Origin: Desulfatiglandales bacterium
GTDB lineage: Bacteria; Desulfobacterota; DSM-4660; Desulfatiglandales; Desulfatiglandaceae
Length of the DNA stretch: 64,000 nucleotides
Assembly (NCBI GenBank): GCA_963662465.1
Contig: OY759599.1
Location: forward strand, 2,048,001-2,112,000
Direction: 5' to 3'
Part shown: positions 17,370 to 29,487 of the stretch, piece after piece
Numbering within the stretch: position 1 is the stretch's first letter
How the letters are laid out: each line of letters begins with the position of its first letter
Notes under the pieces: generated by a model
What the model was told of the DNA's origin: nothing
The model's database searches: none
What the model saw: only the letters and a program-made list of their open reading frames with translations
Translations under genes and position numbers: made by a program

Positions 17370-17900
17370 TTAAGCGACTTTGCTGTCCCGCGGTTCCGGC
17401 CACCAGCGCCGGCCGGTGATTTTTTTCTGTAGTTCAAACAGACCTTCCAGGAGTGCTTCGGGTCGGGCCGGGCATCCGGGGACATAAACGTCCACGGGGA
17501 TGATTTTGTCCACGCCCTCCACCACCGAATATTGCCCCGGAAATTTGAAGGGTCCCCCGGATATAGCGCAGTTTCCCATGGCAATCACCCATTTGGGCGC
17601 AGGCATCTGTTCGTAAAGGCGCAAAATGGCGGGGGCCAGTTTGTGGGTGACGGTGCCGGCCACAATCATCAAATCCGACTGCCTGGGGGATGCACGAAAT
17701 ACCTCGGCCCCGAATCGTGCCAGATCATAGCGCGCCATGCCCGCGGCCATCATCTCGATGGCGCAACAGGCCAGCCCGAAAGTCATGGGCCACAGGGACA
17801 TGGACCTGCAAACATCCTTCAGCTTCTCCGCCAGCTCAAGACGAACAATGGGAGGGGTCCAGGGTTCGGGGCTTTGCGTCACGAAATTTTCCGGGGCCAC
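17370..17900 (-). CDS. nuoB: NADH-quinone oxidoreductase subunit B
   Basis: [26 protein letters not shown] and [13 protein letters not shown]. Confidence 0.95.
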   Translation of the reverse strand: MAPENFVTQSPEPWTPPIVRLELAEKLKDVCRSMSLWPMTFGLACCAIEMMAAGMARYDLARFGAEVFRASPRQSDLMIVAGTVTHKLAPAILRLYEQMPAPKWVIAMGNCAISGGPFKFPGQYSVVEGVDKIIPVDVYVPGCPARPEALLEGLFELQKKITGRRWWPEPRDSKVA

Positions 17901-18256
17901 TTAAAGACTCCTTTTGCATGAAAAAACAGAACCGCCAGGGCCAATACCAAGAGAAAAACGAATACCTTGAAAAATGCGGCAATACCAATGGTCTGAGAAT
18001 AGAAAAGGGCCACGGGAAAGAGGTAGAGAACATCCACCTCAAAGGCCAGAAAGATGAGGGCATAAATGGCGTAATTGATATGAAAACGGATTCGGGCGTC
18101 GGCAAGGGAGCGCATGCCGCATTCGTAGGCCATGCCCATTTGTTTATCCCTTGCTCGGGGCGAGAGAAAAAAAGCGCCGGTCAGGGCGCCCGCGGCCATG
18201 AGAAAACCCACTAAGAAAAAGAGGAGGATCGATATGTGTAACCAGTTAAAGACCAT
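17879..18256 (-). CDS. nuoA: NADH-quinone oxidoreductase subunit A
   Basis: AYECG...[16 protein letters not shown]...KGVFKW; the start MVFNW at 18256 gives the usual length of about 125 aa. Confidence 0.92.
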   Translation of the reverse strand: MVFNWLHISILLFFLVGFLMAAGALTGAFFLSPRARDKQMGMAYECGMRSLADARIRFHINYAIYALIFLAFEVDVLYLFPVALFYSQTIGIAAFFKVFVFLLVLALAVLFFHAKGVFKWPRKIS

Positions 18257-18469
18257 TGAGAACCCAAGTTTCTTATTCTGTTGACCGGGATGGAATCGAT
18301 ACGCGCTATCATACCAAGAAATGCGATGGTTGCAAGAAATAATTTGCGCTTGCTTTAAGGGTTGACAAAAAGCGGCCTTTTCGTGATATCCTCTATTTAA
18401 CATCCTGAAAAACCAATAAGGCTTCGAAATAAAATCCGTTTACCATTGTTAAAGCGTAAGGGAACCGCC

Positions 18470-19050
18470 ATGCCGCTTGCATCCCGGAAACAGCAGTTTT
18501 ATACTTACCGCAATTATTTGACCTGGCCGGATGGATTCAGGGCCGAGTTGCTGGATGGCGCCATTTTTGACATGAGTCCGGCGCCGACGCGCCGGCATCA
18601 ACAGGTTTCAGGGGAGCTTTTCAAACAGATTGCGGTTTTTCTGACTGGAAAACCATGTGAAGCGTATGCCGCGCCCTTTGATGTCCGGCTGCCCGATGAA
18701 GAAGAACCGGACGATGAAGTGCGAACCGTTGTCCAACCGGATATTCTGGTGGTCTGCGACCAGGCCAAACTGGATGAACGAGGATGCCGGGGCGCCCCTG
18801 ACCTTGTCGTGGAAATCGTCTCACCTGCTACCGCCGCCAGGGACCAGATTCACAAGGTCCATATTTATGAAAAGGCCGGCGTTCGAGAATACTGGATTAT
18901 CCATCCTATCGACAAGCTGGTAACCCTGCGCCGTCTCGGTTCGTCAGGCCACTACGATATTCCGAGACTGATTGAAGGAAAGGGTGTGTTGGAAATCAGT
19001 GTTCTGCGGGGCTTGTCATAGATCTCGATGCCGTCTTCGACGGTTCTTGA
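18470..19050 (+). CDS. Uma2 (DUF820) family endonuclease-like protein, with an apparent 1-nt frameshift near the C-terminus
   Basis: ELLDG...MSPAP...HQ...VQPDILVVCD...APDLVVEIVSP...YEKAGVREYWII. The expected tail GLVIDLDAVF is in another frame after about 19008. Confidence 0.85.
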
Positions 19051-19067
19051 ACGAGGGGTCATCTATT

Positions 19068-20089
19068 ATGGGTATCGTGTGCGCGTTGCTCCTTGTCATG
19101 GGCCTTGTCCTGATCCCCTGGGTCGGGGTTCAGGGGTTGGGCCTGGCCTATCTCTTCGGCGTTCTGATCCCCTACGCCGCCATAATCATTTTTTTTGTCG
19201 GTGTTCTGGCCCGTTTACTCAAGTGGGCACGTATTCCCAATCCCTTTGTCATCCCCACCACCGGCGGCCAGCAGAAGAGTCTGAACTGGATCAAACCCGC
19301 AAGAATAGATAACCCGTTTACCCGGGTCCAGACCATTGGCCGACTCTTTTCCGAAGTTTTCCTGTTCAGGAGCCTTTTTCGGAATCTCTCTCCCAGAATC
19401 GAAAGCCGGCAACCCACACTGACCTTTGCCTCAGCCAAATGGCTCTGGCTCTTTGCCATTCTGTTTCATTATGCCATGTTTGCAACGGTTTTCAGGCACT
19501 TGCGGTTTTTCACCAACCCCGTGCCATGGCCCGTGAAAATGGCGGAAGCCCTGGACGGGTGGCTGGAAGTGGGGATTCCGGAGATCCTGGTGAGTGGACT
19601 GGTCTTGCTGACGGCACTCAGCCTGCTCCTGGCCCGGCGATTGTTGATGCCGAGACTGCGATACATTTCGCTTTTAAACGACTATTTCCCTCTTTTTCTG
19701 CTGATCGCTATCGCCGGTACAGGCGCCCTCATGCGCTATGTGGTGGGAATCGACGCCATCAGCGCCAAGCAACTGGCCATGGGTCTTATTTCCTTTAATC
19801 CCTTGATTCCCCAGGGAATCGGCCCTCTTTTTTTCGTGCATCTCTTTCTGGTCTGCACCCTCCTGGCATACTTTCCCTTCAGCAAATTGATGCATGCGGG
19901 GGGCATTTTCTTTTCCCCCACCCGAACCATGCCCAACAACAGCCGGGCCGTATATCATGAAAACCCCTGGAACTACCCGGTCAAATTCCATACCTACCAG
20001 GCCTATGAAACGGAATTTCACGATAAAATGGTGGAAGCGGGCATCCCCTTGGGCTCGGCCACGCCCCCTGTGAACGGAAAGGATATCTC

Positions 20090-20093
<4 letters not shown>
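19068..20093 (+). CDS. dsrM: DsrM, membrane cytochrome b subunit
   Basis: IPTTGGQQKSL.W, EVFLFRSLFRN, FH...RHLRFF and YFPFSKLMH; ATG 19068 after GAGGGG. Confidence 0.93.
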
Positions 20094-21750
<1,657 letters not shown>

Positions 21751-21751
<1 letters not shown>

Positions 21752-22146
21752 TGCACGGTAAGGCCTGGGTAATTTCGGGAATGATTTTTTTTGCCGCATT
21801 GGCGGCCTTTCCCTTTTACTGGCATTCCATAGGTCAAAGCAAACCCTTCCCGCAACTGGAAATGCCGGGAAAGGCCAAAAAATGTATCGAGTCCACAGAC
21901 TTCATGCGGGCGGATCATATGCGCCTGCTGGACGCCTGGCGGGTTTCGGTGGTGCGGGATGATCTGCTCATGTACACGGCTTCAAACGGAAAAAGCTATG
22001 AAATGAACCTTCACAAAACATGCCTGGGGTGCCATGTCTCCACCGCCAAATTCTGCGATCGGTGCCATGAATACAATGACGTAAAGCCACCCTGCTGGGA
22101 TTGCCATGTGGCGCCGGATTTAACTGAAAAAGGGGACCGATTATGA
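21751..22146 (+). CDS. dsrJ: DsrJ, triheme cytochrome c
   Basis: C..STDFMRADHM, CLGCH, CDRCH and CWDCH. Confidence 0.93.
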
Positions 22147-22913
22147 CCCTGTCCCGCCGAAAATTTTTAAAAACAGCATCCGCCGCGGCCCTGACGGTAG
22201 CGACGGGACCCGCCATCAGCCATGGGTTTGATCTCCCCGGCCGCATATCCCCGGGCCCTAATGCCCTTAAAGCCAAACGGTGGGCCATGGTGGTGGACAT
22301 GAGCAAGTGCGATGGCGAGTGTGCGGAAAATTGCATCGGCGCGTGCCACGAAATCCACAATGTTCCCTTCATCCCCAAAGCCGAACACCAGGTCATGTGG
22401 CTGTTTCAGGAGCCCTATGAAAACACCTTCCCGGAACGGGCACATGAACTTATTTCCAACCCGCTCAAGAATCGGAAATTTTTCCTGTTGTGCAACCATT
22501 GCGATGACCCGCCCTGCGTGCGGGCCTGCCCCACCCAGGCCACCTTTAAGCGGGAAAAAGACGGCATCGTCATGATTGATTACCACCGCTGCATCGGATG
22601 TCGATTTTGCATGGCCGCCTGCCCCTATGGGTCCCGAAGTTTCAATTTCCGGGACCCCCGGCCCTATATCAAAAAGATTCATCCGGAGTTCCCCACCCGG
22701 CGCAAAGGGGTGGTGGAAAAATGCAACTTCTGCCAGGAACGACTGGCAGTGGGTCAAATGCCCGCCTGCGTGGAGGCCTGTAAAAAAGGCGCCCTGGTCT
22801 TTGGAGATCTGGGAGATCCGTCGTCTGAAATTCGTCAAATTCTGGCGGAAAAGCCTCACGTGAGACGCAAGCCGGATCTGGGCACCCGTCCATCGGTTTT
22901 TTACATTCTATGA
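22143..22913 (+). CDS. dsrO: DsrO, Tat-exported ferredoxin-like subunit
   Basis: SRRKFLK Tat motif; CNHCDDPPCVRACP, CIGCRFCMAACP and EKCNFC. Confidence 0.93.
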   Translation: MTLSRRKFLKTASAAALTVATGPAISHGFDLPGRISPGPNALKAKRWAMVVDMSKCDGECAENCIGACHEIHNVPFIPKAEHQVMWLFQEPYENTFPERAHELISNPLKNRKFFLLCNHCDDPPCVRACPTQATFKREKDGIVMIDYHRCIGCRFCMAACPYGSRSFNFRDPRPYIKKIHPEFPTRRKGVVEKCNFCQERLAVGQMPACVEACKKGALVFGDLGDPSSEIRQILAEKPHVRRKPDLGTRPSVFYIL

Positions 22914-22923
22914 GAGGTTCATC

Positions 22924-24084
22924 ATGATTGAAAAAGCCCTTCACGGGGGAAAAGGCTACTGGATATGGATCATTTTCCTGGCGGCAGGCGTCGGGGCGGG
23001 TCTTTGGGCCTATCTGTACCAGCTGCATGAGGGCCTTTGGCTTACGGGCATGAGCCGGAACGTTTCCTGGGGCTTTTACATCTCTCAGTTTACCTTCCTG
23101 GTGGGGGTGGCAGCCTCGGTACTCATGGTGGTGCTGCCCCTTTATCTTCATGATTTCAAAGCCTTTGCCCCCATCACAGCCCTGGCCCAGTTTTTAACGG
23201 TGGGAACTCTTGCCATGAGCCTGCTCTTTATCTTTTCCGATGTGGGCATGCCCATGCGCATTTTGAACGTCCCCCTGAACCCCACCCCCGGGTCCATGCT
23301 CTTTTATGATACCATCTTTCTACCGGGATTCATGCTGCTCAATCTGGTGATCGGCTGGACCGCCGTGGGCGCGGAGAAACGGGAGACGCCGCTGCCGGGA
23401 TGGATTAAGGGCCTGATTTATGTCTCCTTTCCCTGGGCCATAATCATGCACACCGTTACTGCATTCATCTACGCCGGCACCCCAGGGCGGGGATTCTGGA
23501 TGACAGCCATCATGGCGCCCCGCTTCTTGACCACGGCCTTTGCCGCGGGAACGGCCCTTCTGATCATTATTTCCATGGTACTGAAAACCCTGACCCGGTT
23601 TGACGCAGGAGAAAAAGCGCTTTCAAAACTCGTCACCCTTCTCCTCTATTCCCTGATCATCGACGCCTTTTTTCTGGCCGTGGAATATTTCACGGCCTTT
23701 TACAGCCATGTACCGGCTTACAGTGAAACCTTTCGGTATCTTTTTTTCGGGATTGACGGCAATAACGCCTTTGTGCCCTGGTTCTGGAGCATGAACCTGA
23801 CCCTCCTGGCCGCTATTTTGCTGCTGGCCATTCCGGGTGTAAGAGCGAGCCGTTCCCGTCTGGCCGCTGCCTCCATCATCGCCCTTGCGGGTCTCTGGAT
23901 CGACAAGGGGTTTCTGCTGGTGCCGGCGGCCTTTATTCCCAACGTTTTCGGCCGGATTATGGAATACCCACCCTCATGGGTGGAATTGACCGTCTCCTTT
24001 GGCATCTATTGTTTGGGTACGCTGATGATCACGGCCTTCTATAAAGTGGCTATTGTCGTAAAGCATCAAACCCATATATCCTGA
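22924..24084 (+). CDS. dsrP: DsrP, NrfD-family membrane subunit
   Basis: TGMSRNVSWGFYISQFTFLVGVAAS, HTVTAF and APRFL. Confidence 0.93.
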   Translation: MIEKALHGGKGYWIWIIFLAAGVGAGLWAYLYQLHEGLWLTGMSRNVSWGFYISQFTFLVGVAASVLMVVLPLYLHDFKAFAPITALAQFLTVGTLAMSLLFIFSDVGMPMRILNVPLNPTPGSMLFYDTIFLPGFMLLNLVIGWTAVGAEKRETPLPGWIKGLIYVSFPWAIIMHTVTAFIYAGTPGRGFWMTAIMAPRFLTTAFAAGTALLIIISMVLKTLTRFDAGEKALSKLVTLLLYSLIIDAFFLAVEYFTAFYSHVPAYSETFRYLFFGIDGNNAFVPWFWSMNLTLLAAILLLAIPGVRASRSRLAAASIIALAGLWIDKGFLLVPAAFIPNVFGRIMEYPPSWVELTVSFGIYCLGTLMITAFYKVAIVVKHQTHIS

Positions 24085-24567
24085 ATGGTCAATAATTCCT
24101 ATCCCATTACCGTCAGACCCGCTCAAAAGACTGATGTAGATTTTATCCGAGCATTGAGCGGTATCTTTGACCAATACGGCTCCTATGAAGAGATACTGCC
24201 GCAATGGTTCCTATCGGGTATTGCACTAACCCTGCTGGCTGTGGTAAATGAAGAACCTGCAGGCTACATTATGTTGGGAATGGATGAGGGACGGCATGAA
24301 CCTCTAAGCGTAGCGGAACTGCTGGCCATTGCCGTCACACCCACCCATTGTCATTGCGGCGTGGGAGACCGTTTGATGGAGGCGGTGATCAAAATGGCGG
24401 AAGACGCCGGGGTAAACATCATGATTCTCTACACAGGCGTCCACAACCTGCATGCGCAGGCCCTTTTTGAAAAACACGGGTTTTCGTCAATAGGTGTAAA
24501 GAAAAAATTTTACGAAGAGGGGCAAAACGCCCTGATGATGCAAAAAGAGATAAGGAGAAAAAAATGA
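24085..24567 (+). CDS. GNAT (RimI-like) acetyltransferase
   Basis: ELLAIAVTP...GVGDRLM...N..AQALFEKHGF...KKFY..GQNALMM. Confidence 0.8.
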   Translation: MVNNSYPITVRPAQKTDVDFIRALSGIFDQYGSYEEILPQWFLSGIALTLLAVVNEEPAGYIMLGMDEGRHEPLSVAELLAIAVTPTHCHCGVGDRLMEAVIKMAEDAGVNIMILYTGVHNLHAQALFEKHGFSSIGVKKKFYEEGQNALMMQKEIRRKK

Positions 24568-24634
24568 AATTTTCCAAAACGTTGTTGAGTATTAAGGAAG
24601 AAAAAATGAAATTTTTCAAAATGTTGTTGGGTAT
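24551..24634 (+). repeat. Imperfect 42-bp tandem duplication of the RBS and first codons of the Rieske gene
   Basis: taaggagaaaaaaatgaaattttccaaaacgttgttgagtat followed by taaggaagaaaaaatgaaatttttcaaaatgttgttgggtat. Confidence 0.8.
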
Positions 24635-25004
24635 TTGCGAAACGATCCCCCCTGCCGATGGGGGATGCTGGCGTTATTCGGATGGAAAAATCGAGGTTCA
24701 CCTGAACCGTTCCCCGGAGCTGGAGGACAAAGGCGGCGCCGTCCGTCTGGAAGGAAACGGGTCTCCTGAAAGAGTTTTGCTCATCCATGACCGGGATGGT
24801 CAATTCCGTGCCTACAAAAACCGCTGCACCCATGCCGGGCGGAGAATCGATACCTATGATGAAACCAAATTATTGAAATGCTGCAGCGTTTTCCAATCAG
24901 TCTTTGATTATGAGGGAAACGTGGTTTCGGGAGCGGCCAAAAAACCGTTGACCCAGTATAAGGTTGTGCAGAAAGACGGGATGTTGACGGTTTTTGTTAA
25001 TTGA
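24606..25004 (+). CDS. Rieske-like [2Fe-2S] domain protein (alternative start 24564)
   Basis: AYKNRCTHAG...LKCCSVFQSVFDYEGNVVSGAAKKPL. Confidence 0.75.
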   Translation: MKFFKMLLGICETIPPADGGCWRYSDGKIEVHLNRSPELEDKGGAVRLEGNGSPERVLLIHDRDGQFRAYKNRCTHAGRRIDTYDETKLLKCCSVFQSVFDYEGNVVSGAAKKPLTQYKVVQKDGMLTVFVN

Positions 25005-25087
25005 GTTCATCAGCCTCTCTTGCATTTGCCGCATGGGTTTAGTAAAAGGAAACCTTTTCTTTTTGGAACGCTGTTTCAGGGGTTTCC

Positions 25088-28000
25088 ATGAATTCGGGCA
25101 GAAAAGTTTTATTTTGGATTGGGGGAGTAGTGGGCGTCCTCCTGCTCTTGGCGTGCGTGTTGCTGGCAGCGATGCCCCTGCTCATAAACCTGGATGCCGT
25201 ACATGGAAAGATTGAAGCCCGTTTCCACAGCGAAACAGGCGGACAAGTCACATTCCGGAAACTCGATCTTTTGTTTCTTCCCCGGCCCCATGCGGTGATG
25301 CGTGGGGGAAGCCTTTCTTTTCCCGACCGGACAACCCTGGTCTTTGAAGCTTTAACGGTCTATCCAAAGCTTCTGCCATTGCTTAAAGGAGACATTCGTC
25401 CGGCGCGGGTTCAGATCTCTTCTCCCCGGATGACCGTAGCGCTCTCCCCTGCTAAAAGCGACAAGAAGAACGCATTTCCGTTTTGTGTCACTGATGGGCA
25501 ACCCGAAATCCCCCCAGCATTCCAGTGGCTTAAAAAGACCGAAGGCCTTGTGATCCAGGTGAATAACGGTCTCTTGAATCTTACCGCCACGGAAAAACAA
25601 TCGATTCAGTTCAGCAAAATTGACGTTTCGATCGACAACGCAAAAGGACGTTTAAACTTTGAATTGACCTGCGCCGCCAACCTTTTCAATCGGTTGATCT
25701 TGAAGGGACAACTGGACCCGACGTCCCTTAAAATATGCGGAACCCTGTCCCTGAAAAATTTGATGCTTCAGGAATTATCGGACCAAATAAAACTTCCGGA
25801 CTCAATGTCCCTCTCAGATGGCGCCATGGACCTGGAAATGGATTTTGATACGGTGGGGTTTCAAAACCTCAACACCACAATGCGGGCCTCTGCCCCATCC
25901 TTGGGCTTATCACGCGGGCAAAGAAACATTACCGTAAAAGGCGCCCGAATTAATGGCAGTATCCATTTGGGCGAGGGTTTCCTTGAGGCCTCCTTGTCTG
26001 ACATGACCCTGGATTATCCTCAACTGGGGCTGTCCGGAAAATTCAAAATGGAAAAGGACACGCCCCTTGTACGCATGCACCTTGAGGGAAAGGCCATTGA
26101 TGTGGCCGCCACCCGTTCCTGCGCCCTTGCTTTCGCCGGGGATATCCCCGCCGTTAACAACATATTTGCAGTTGTCATAGATGGGCATCTCCCCTTTATA
26201 TCGGTGGATGCCCATGGAAATGTGGCGGATTTAAGTACACTGGATCGGTACACCATCAGGGGCAATCTACAAAAAGGGCGCATTTCCCTGCCGAATCAGG
26301 GCTTGGACCTGACGAATGTAGAAGGCGGCGCGCTGATTTCAAAGGGAATTCTCAACGGGCAAAGACTTCGCGCAACCATAGGGGATATCAAAGGAAAAGA
26401 GGGAATGCTGACGGTAGCGCTGACACAGGGCGCCACTCCTTTTCACCTGGATATTCAGGTGGATGGGGATCTGGCCGAGGTTCATCCCATTTTGAAACGG
26501 CTGGTTAAAACAGGTGCGTTTGCCGAAGATCTTCGTGATATCCATTCAATAGAAGGACAGGCAACGGCGACCCTGCGTCTTGATGAAACGGAAAGCGGCC
26601 TTCTGGTGGATGTGGACGCTTCATCATGCCGTCTGAAAGCCGCTTACCGGTCTCTTCCATTTCCCGTGATTGTGGAGAAAGGCGAAATTCATTACCGTCA
26701 AAATCATGTCAGGTTACGCAATGTGGCGGGCGCCTATGGTCAATCGAATTTTTTCCTCGCATCAGGCCTTTTTGATTGGCAAAATGAGCCTCGAATAAAA
26801 ATCGAGTCCGCAACAGGCATCGTTTTTCCGGAAGAGGTCCATCCACTACTTTCCGTCGGGGAAGAAACGACCCCATGGCTGAAAAAGATTTCAGACATCA
26901 AAGGCCGGGTATCCGTTCATGCCCTGGACTTGAAAGGACCGCTGATGAACCCGGTCGCCTGGCAATACCAAACTGATTTGGAAGTGGAGGACTTTTCCCT
27001 GAACGCGGCGTTTTTGCCGTCCCCCGTAAGCATTTCAACGGCACGGGTAAAAGCCCGGACTGGAGGGGTCGATTTCCGGGATGCCGAAATTAATATTCTG
27101 GATGCAGACCTGAGTATGACCGGGAAATTAGAAGGTCCCCTGATGGCCCTGGAAAAGGTCGACGCCACCCTGTCGGGAAACCTGGGGGCAAAAGCGATTC
27201 AATATCTCTATGAAACCCTGGAACTGCCAGGGGATTTCATGGTGCAAACGCCCATGACGGTTCACTCGGGACGCGCCATCTGGGAAAAAGACGCCGGAAT
27301 GTCCTTTGATGGGAACCTGTTTTTTCCCAATGGACCGAACGTGACCCTGGACGTTTTTTATGAGCCGGACAACCTGAATATTCGAAAACTGACGGTGACG
27401 GACGAAACGTCAAAGGCTTCACTTGAATTTCTGGTTCGTGAGAATCTGGTGAATATTGCTTTTGCCGGAATATTGCAAAAAGCGGCACTGGATGGGCTGT
27501 TTGAAAAAAATCAATTTTTGAAGGGTTGGATCCAAGGCGAAATGAATGCCAGGGTGTTTCCCGAACAATCATTCAGTGCCTCAGCGGAAGGTGTCCTCAC
27601 CGGAAAAGACATTCCGATTTATGGCCTGGCGCTGCCCATAAAAATTAAAGACTTTTCGTTAAGCGCGGAAGGACCGCAGCTCCGTGTTGCATCGGCCCGC
27701 ATGGTTTTGGGTGAAAACACACTGTCCATGAGTGGGAAGGCTGATTTTTCGCCGGGAGACCCCCAATTTGACGTGGATGTTTCCACTGAAAATGTTGACA
27801 TGGACAAAGTGCTGAAGTTCCTGAAAGAAACGGATGAAAGCGCGGGGAATGGGGGTGACCCATGGGTTCTGCCCGTGCGGGGAACAGCGCATTTGATGTG
27901 GGACAGTTTAAAAATCGGAGGGTACACATGGCATCCCTTTCAAGGTGAAATTACCGTGGCCCCTGAAGAGGTTCGAGTTTCCGTTGAAAACGCCCAGCTC

Positions 28001-28735
28001 TGTGGTATTTCAAACCCCGGCGTCTTGCGTATTACACCCGATGGCATTCAGATGGACTTTCAATTGAGGGCGGAAAAACGTAATCTGAACCAATGTATAA
28101 CCTGCCTGAGTCACGAAAGGGTGATTGCCGAGGGGACCTTCGACCTGGAAGGACAAATCCAGGGGAACGGAACTTGGGAGAATTTACTTGAAAATCTGAA
28201 GGGCCCTCTTGTTTTTACCACCGTCAATGGGAAGGTTAAACAGGATCCGGCACTGGCACGGGTGCTTTCGCTCTTGAATGTTACGGATATCTTCAAAGGC
28301 AAGCTTCCGACCCTTAAAAATGAAGGCCTTTTCTACGATTTAATACGGATTAAGGCAAACCTTCAAGATGGAAAAATTCGTATCCATGAAGGTCTCATGA
28401 ACAGTTCCGCCATGGACCTTGTTTTTAAAGGGGATATCGATGCGTTGAATGACCGGATAAATCTCATGATGCTGGCTTCCCCTTTTACCATGACGGATCG
28501 CTTGATCAGGCTTATTCCGGTGGCGGGTTACATTCTCGGGGGAACGTTGATTTCCGTTCCCGTCAAAGTCGACGGTCCCATGGCTGATCCGAAAGTCCGC
28601 ATTCTCCCCCTGTCGGAGATTGGATTGGGAATGTGGGGCATTATGAAAAGAACCCTTGAAACACCGGTCAAGATCATGGAACCGTTTGTGGGAGAGGAAC
28701 AAAAAGACAAAGAGAATGAAGTGAAATTCTGGTAA
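25088..28735 (+). CDS. AsmA/YhdP-like intermembrane protein
   Basis: N-terminal membrane anchor, long beta-rich body and AsmA_2-like C-terminus (IPVAGYILGG..ISVPVKVDGPMADPKV). Confidence 0.8.
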   Translation: MNSGRKVLFWIGGVVGVLLLLACVLLAAMPLLINLDAVHGKIEARFHSETGGQVTFRKLDLLFLPRPHAVMRGGSLSFPDRTTLVFEALTVYPKLLPLLKGDIRPARVQISSPRMTVALSPAKSDKKNAFPFCVTDGQPEIPPAFQWLKKTEGLVIQVNNGLLNLTATEKQSIQFSKIDVSIDNAKGRLNFELTCAANLFNRLILKGQLDPTSLKICGTLSLKNLMLQELSDQIKLPDSMSLSDGAMDLEMDFDTVGFQNLNTTMRASAPSLGLSRGQRNITVKGARINGSIHLGEGFLEASLSDMTLDYPQLGLSGKFKMEKDTPLVRMHLEGKAIDVAATRSCALAFAGDIPAVNNIFAVVIDGHLPFISVDAHGNVADLSTLDRYTIRGNLQKGRISLPNQGLDLTNVEGGALISKGILNGQRLRATIGDIKGKEGMLTVALTQGATPFHLDIQVDGDLAEVHPILKRLVKTGAFAEDLRDIHSIEGQATATLRLDETESGLLVDVDASSCRLKAAYRSLPFPVIVEKGEIHYRQNHVRLRNVAGAYGQSNFFLASGLFDWQNEPRIKIESATGIVFPEEVHPLLSVGEETTPWLKKISDIKGRVSVHALDLKGPLMNPVAWQYQTDLEVEDFSLNAAFLPSPVSISTARVKARTGGVDFRDAEINILDADLSMTGKLEGPLMALEKVDATLSGNLGAKAIQYLYETLELPGDFMVQTPMTVHSGRAIWEKDAGMSFDGNLFFPNGPNVTLDVFYEPDNLNIRKLTVTDETSKASLEFLVRENLVNIAFAGILQKAALDGLFEKNQFLKGWIQGEMNARVFPEQSFSASAEGVLTGKDIPIYGLALPIKIKDFSLSAEGPQLRVASARMVLGENTLSMSGKADFSPGDPQFDVDVSTENVDMDKVLKFLKETDESAGNGGDPWVLPVRGTAHLMWDSLKIGGYTWHPFQGEITVAPEEVRVSVENAQLCGISNPGVLRITPDGIQMDFQLRAEKRNLNQCITCLSHERVIAEGTFDLEGQIQGNGTWENLLENLKGPLVFTTVNGKVKQDPALARVLSLLNVTDIFKGKLPTLKNEGLFYDLIRIKANLQDGKIRIHEGLMNSSAMDLVFKGDIDALNDRINLMMLASPFTMTDRLIRLIPVAGYILGGTLISVPVKVDGPMADPKVRILPLSEIGLGMWGIMKRTLETPVKIMEPFVGEEQKDKENEVKFW

Positions 28736-28756
28736 GGTTTTGGGTGAATAATTTTT

Positions 28757-29287
28757 ATGGAGGATCAAAAAATGAAAATTGGAAGTGTTGTTTTTGTACT
28801 GTTATTTCTGTTTGCCTGCGTGCCGGCCAAGACGTGGATCAGCACCCCTTCCACACAGCAGGTGCAAAATGTCGATTTCACTGCCGACCTGACCCCCCTT
28901 AAGAGGGATAAAAATCATTTTGTGTCATTCCGTCTTTTCATTGACAATAAAACGGACCGGAATTTAGAGATTGACTGGAATAAAACACAGTATCTCTACA
29001 ATGGAAAGGGGTCCGGACCGATGGTATTTCCGGGCATCGATCCCGCGACCATTAAAAAATCCATTCCACCGGATACCATCCCGGCGGGCGGCGCCTTCAG
29101 CAAGGAAATCTTCCCCCTCAAATTAGTGGCCTTTGCGCCCATGCGGGAGGAGATCCTCGATGGAGAAGGTCGGGGGCTCTATCCGGGGCCGCTTCCGGAA
29201 GGAAAAAACAGCGTCGAACTGGTGATCCATAAGGGCGGGAGTCTAATAAGGCAGATCATTACCGTAGATATCAAACAGGAGCAGTAA
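28757..29287 (+). CDS. Hypothetical lipoprotein
   Basis: MKIGSVVFVLLFLFAC lipobox. Confidence 0.7.
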   Translation: MEDQKMKIGSVVFVLLFLFACVPAKTWISTPSTQQVQNVDFTADLTPLKRDKNHFVSFRLFIDNKTDRNLEIDWNKTQYLYNGKGSGPMVFPGIDPATIKKSIPPDTIPAGGAFSKEIFPLKLVAFAPMREEILDGEGRGLYPGPLPEGKNSVELVIHKGGSLIRQIITVDIKQEQ

Positions 29288-29291
29288 ACAA

Positions 29292-29393
29292 GTAAAGGAT
29301 GCGCTGACAAGGCTAAAGGGTATCAGCGAAGCCTATATCTTCGGAGCACTGGACTACAACATGAGGGTATGGCAGATGGCCCCGGAACGATTA
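29292..29393 (+). pseudogene. Short fragment of an AcrB/HAE1 RND transporter gene
   Basis: Translates VKDALTRLKGISEAYIFGALDYNMRVWQMAPERL, resembling the AcrB segment KD.L.R..GV..V..FG..Y.MRIW..P; no start codon or flanks. Confidence 0.55.
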
Positions 29394-29487
29394 ACCTCTC
29401 GGATTTATCCGGCATTGACACTTAGGTTCCGGCTCTGCTAAAATATGAAATTCTCAAAAAAATGGAAAGAAAAGAGAAAGGAAACAA

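Noticed and set aside
14908..17900. Group 4 NiFe hydrogenase (Ech/Hyf) instead of complex I
   Set aside because: The large subunit has no N- or C-terminal CxxC Ni ligands, and nuoA, nuoJ and nuoK are present.
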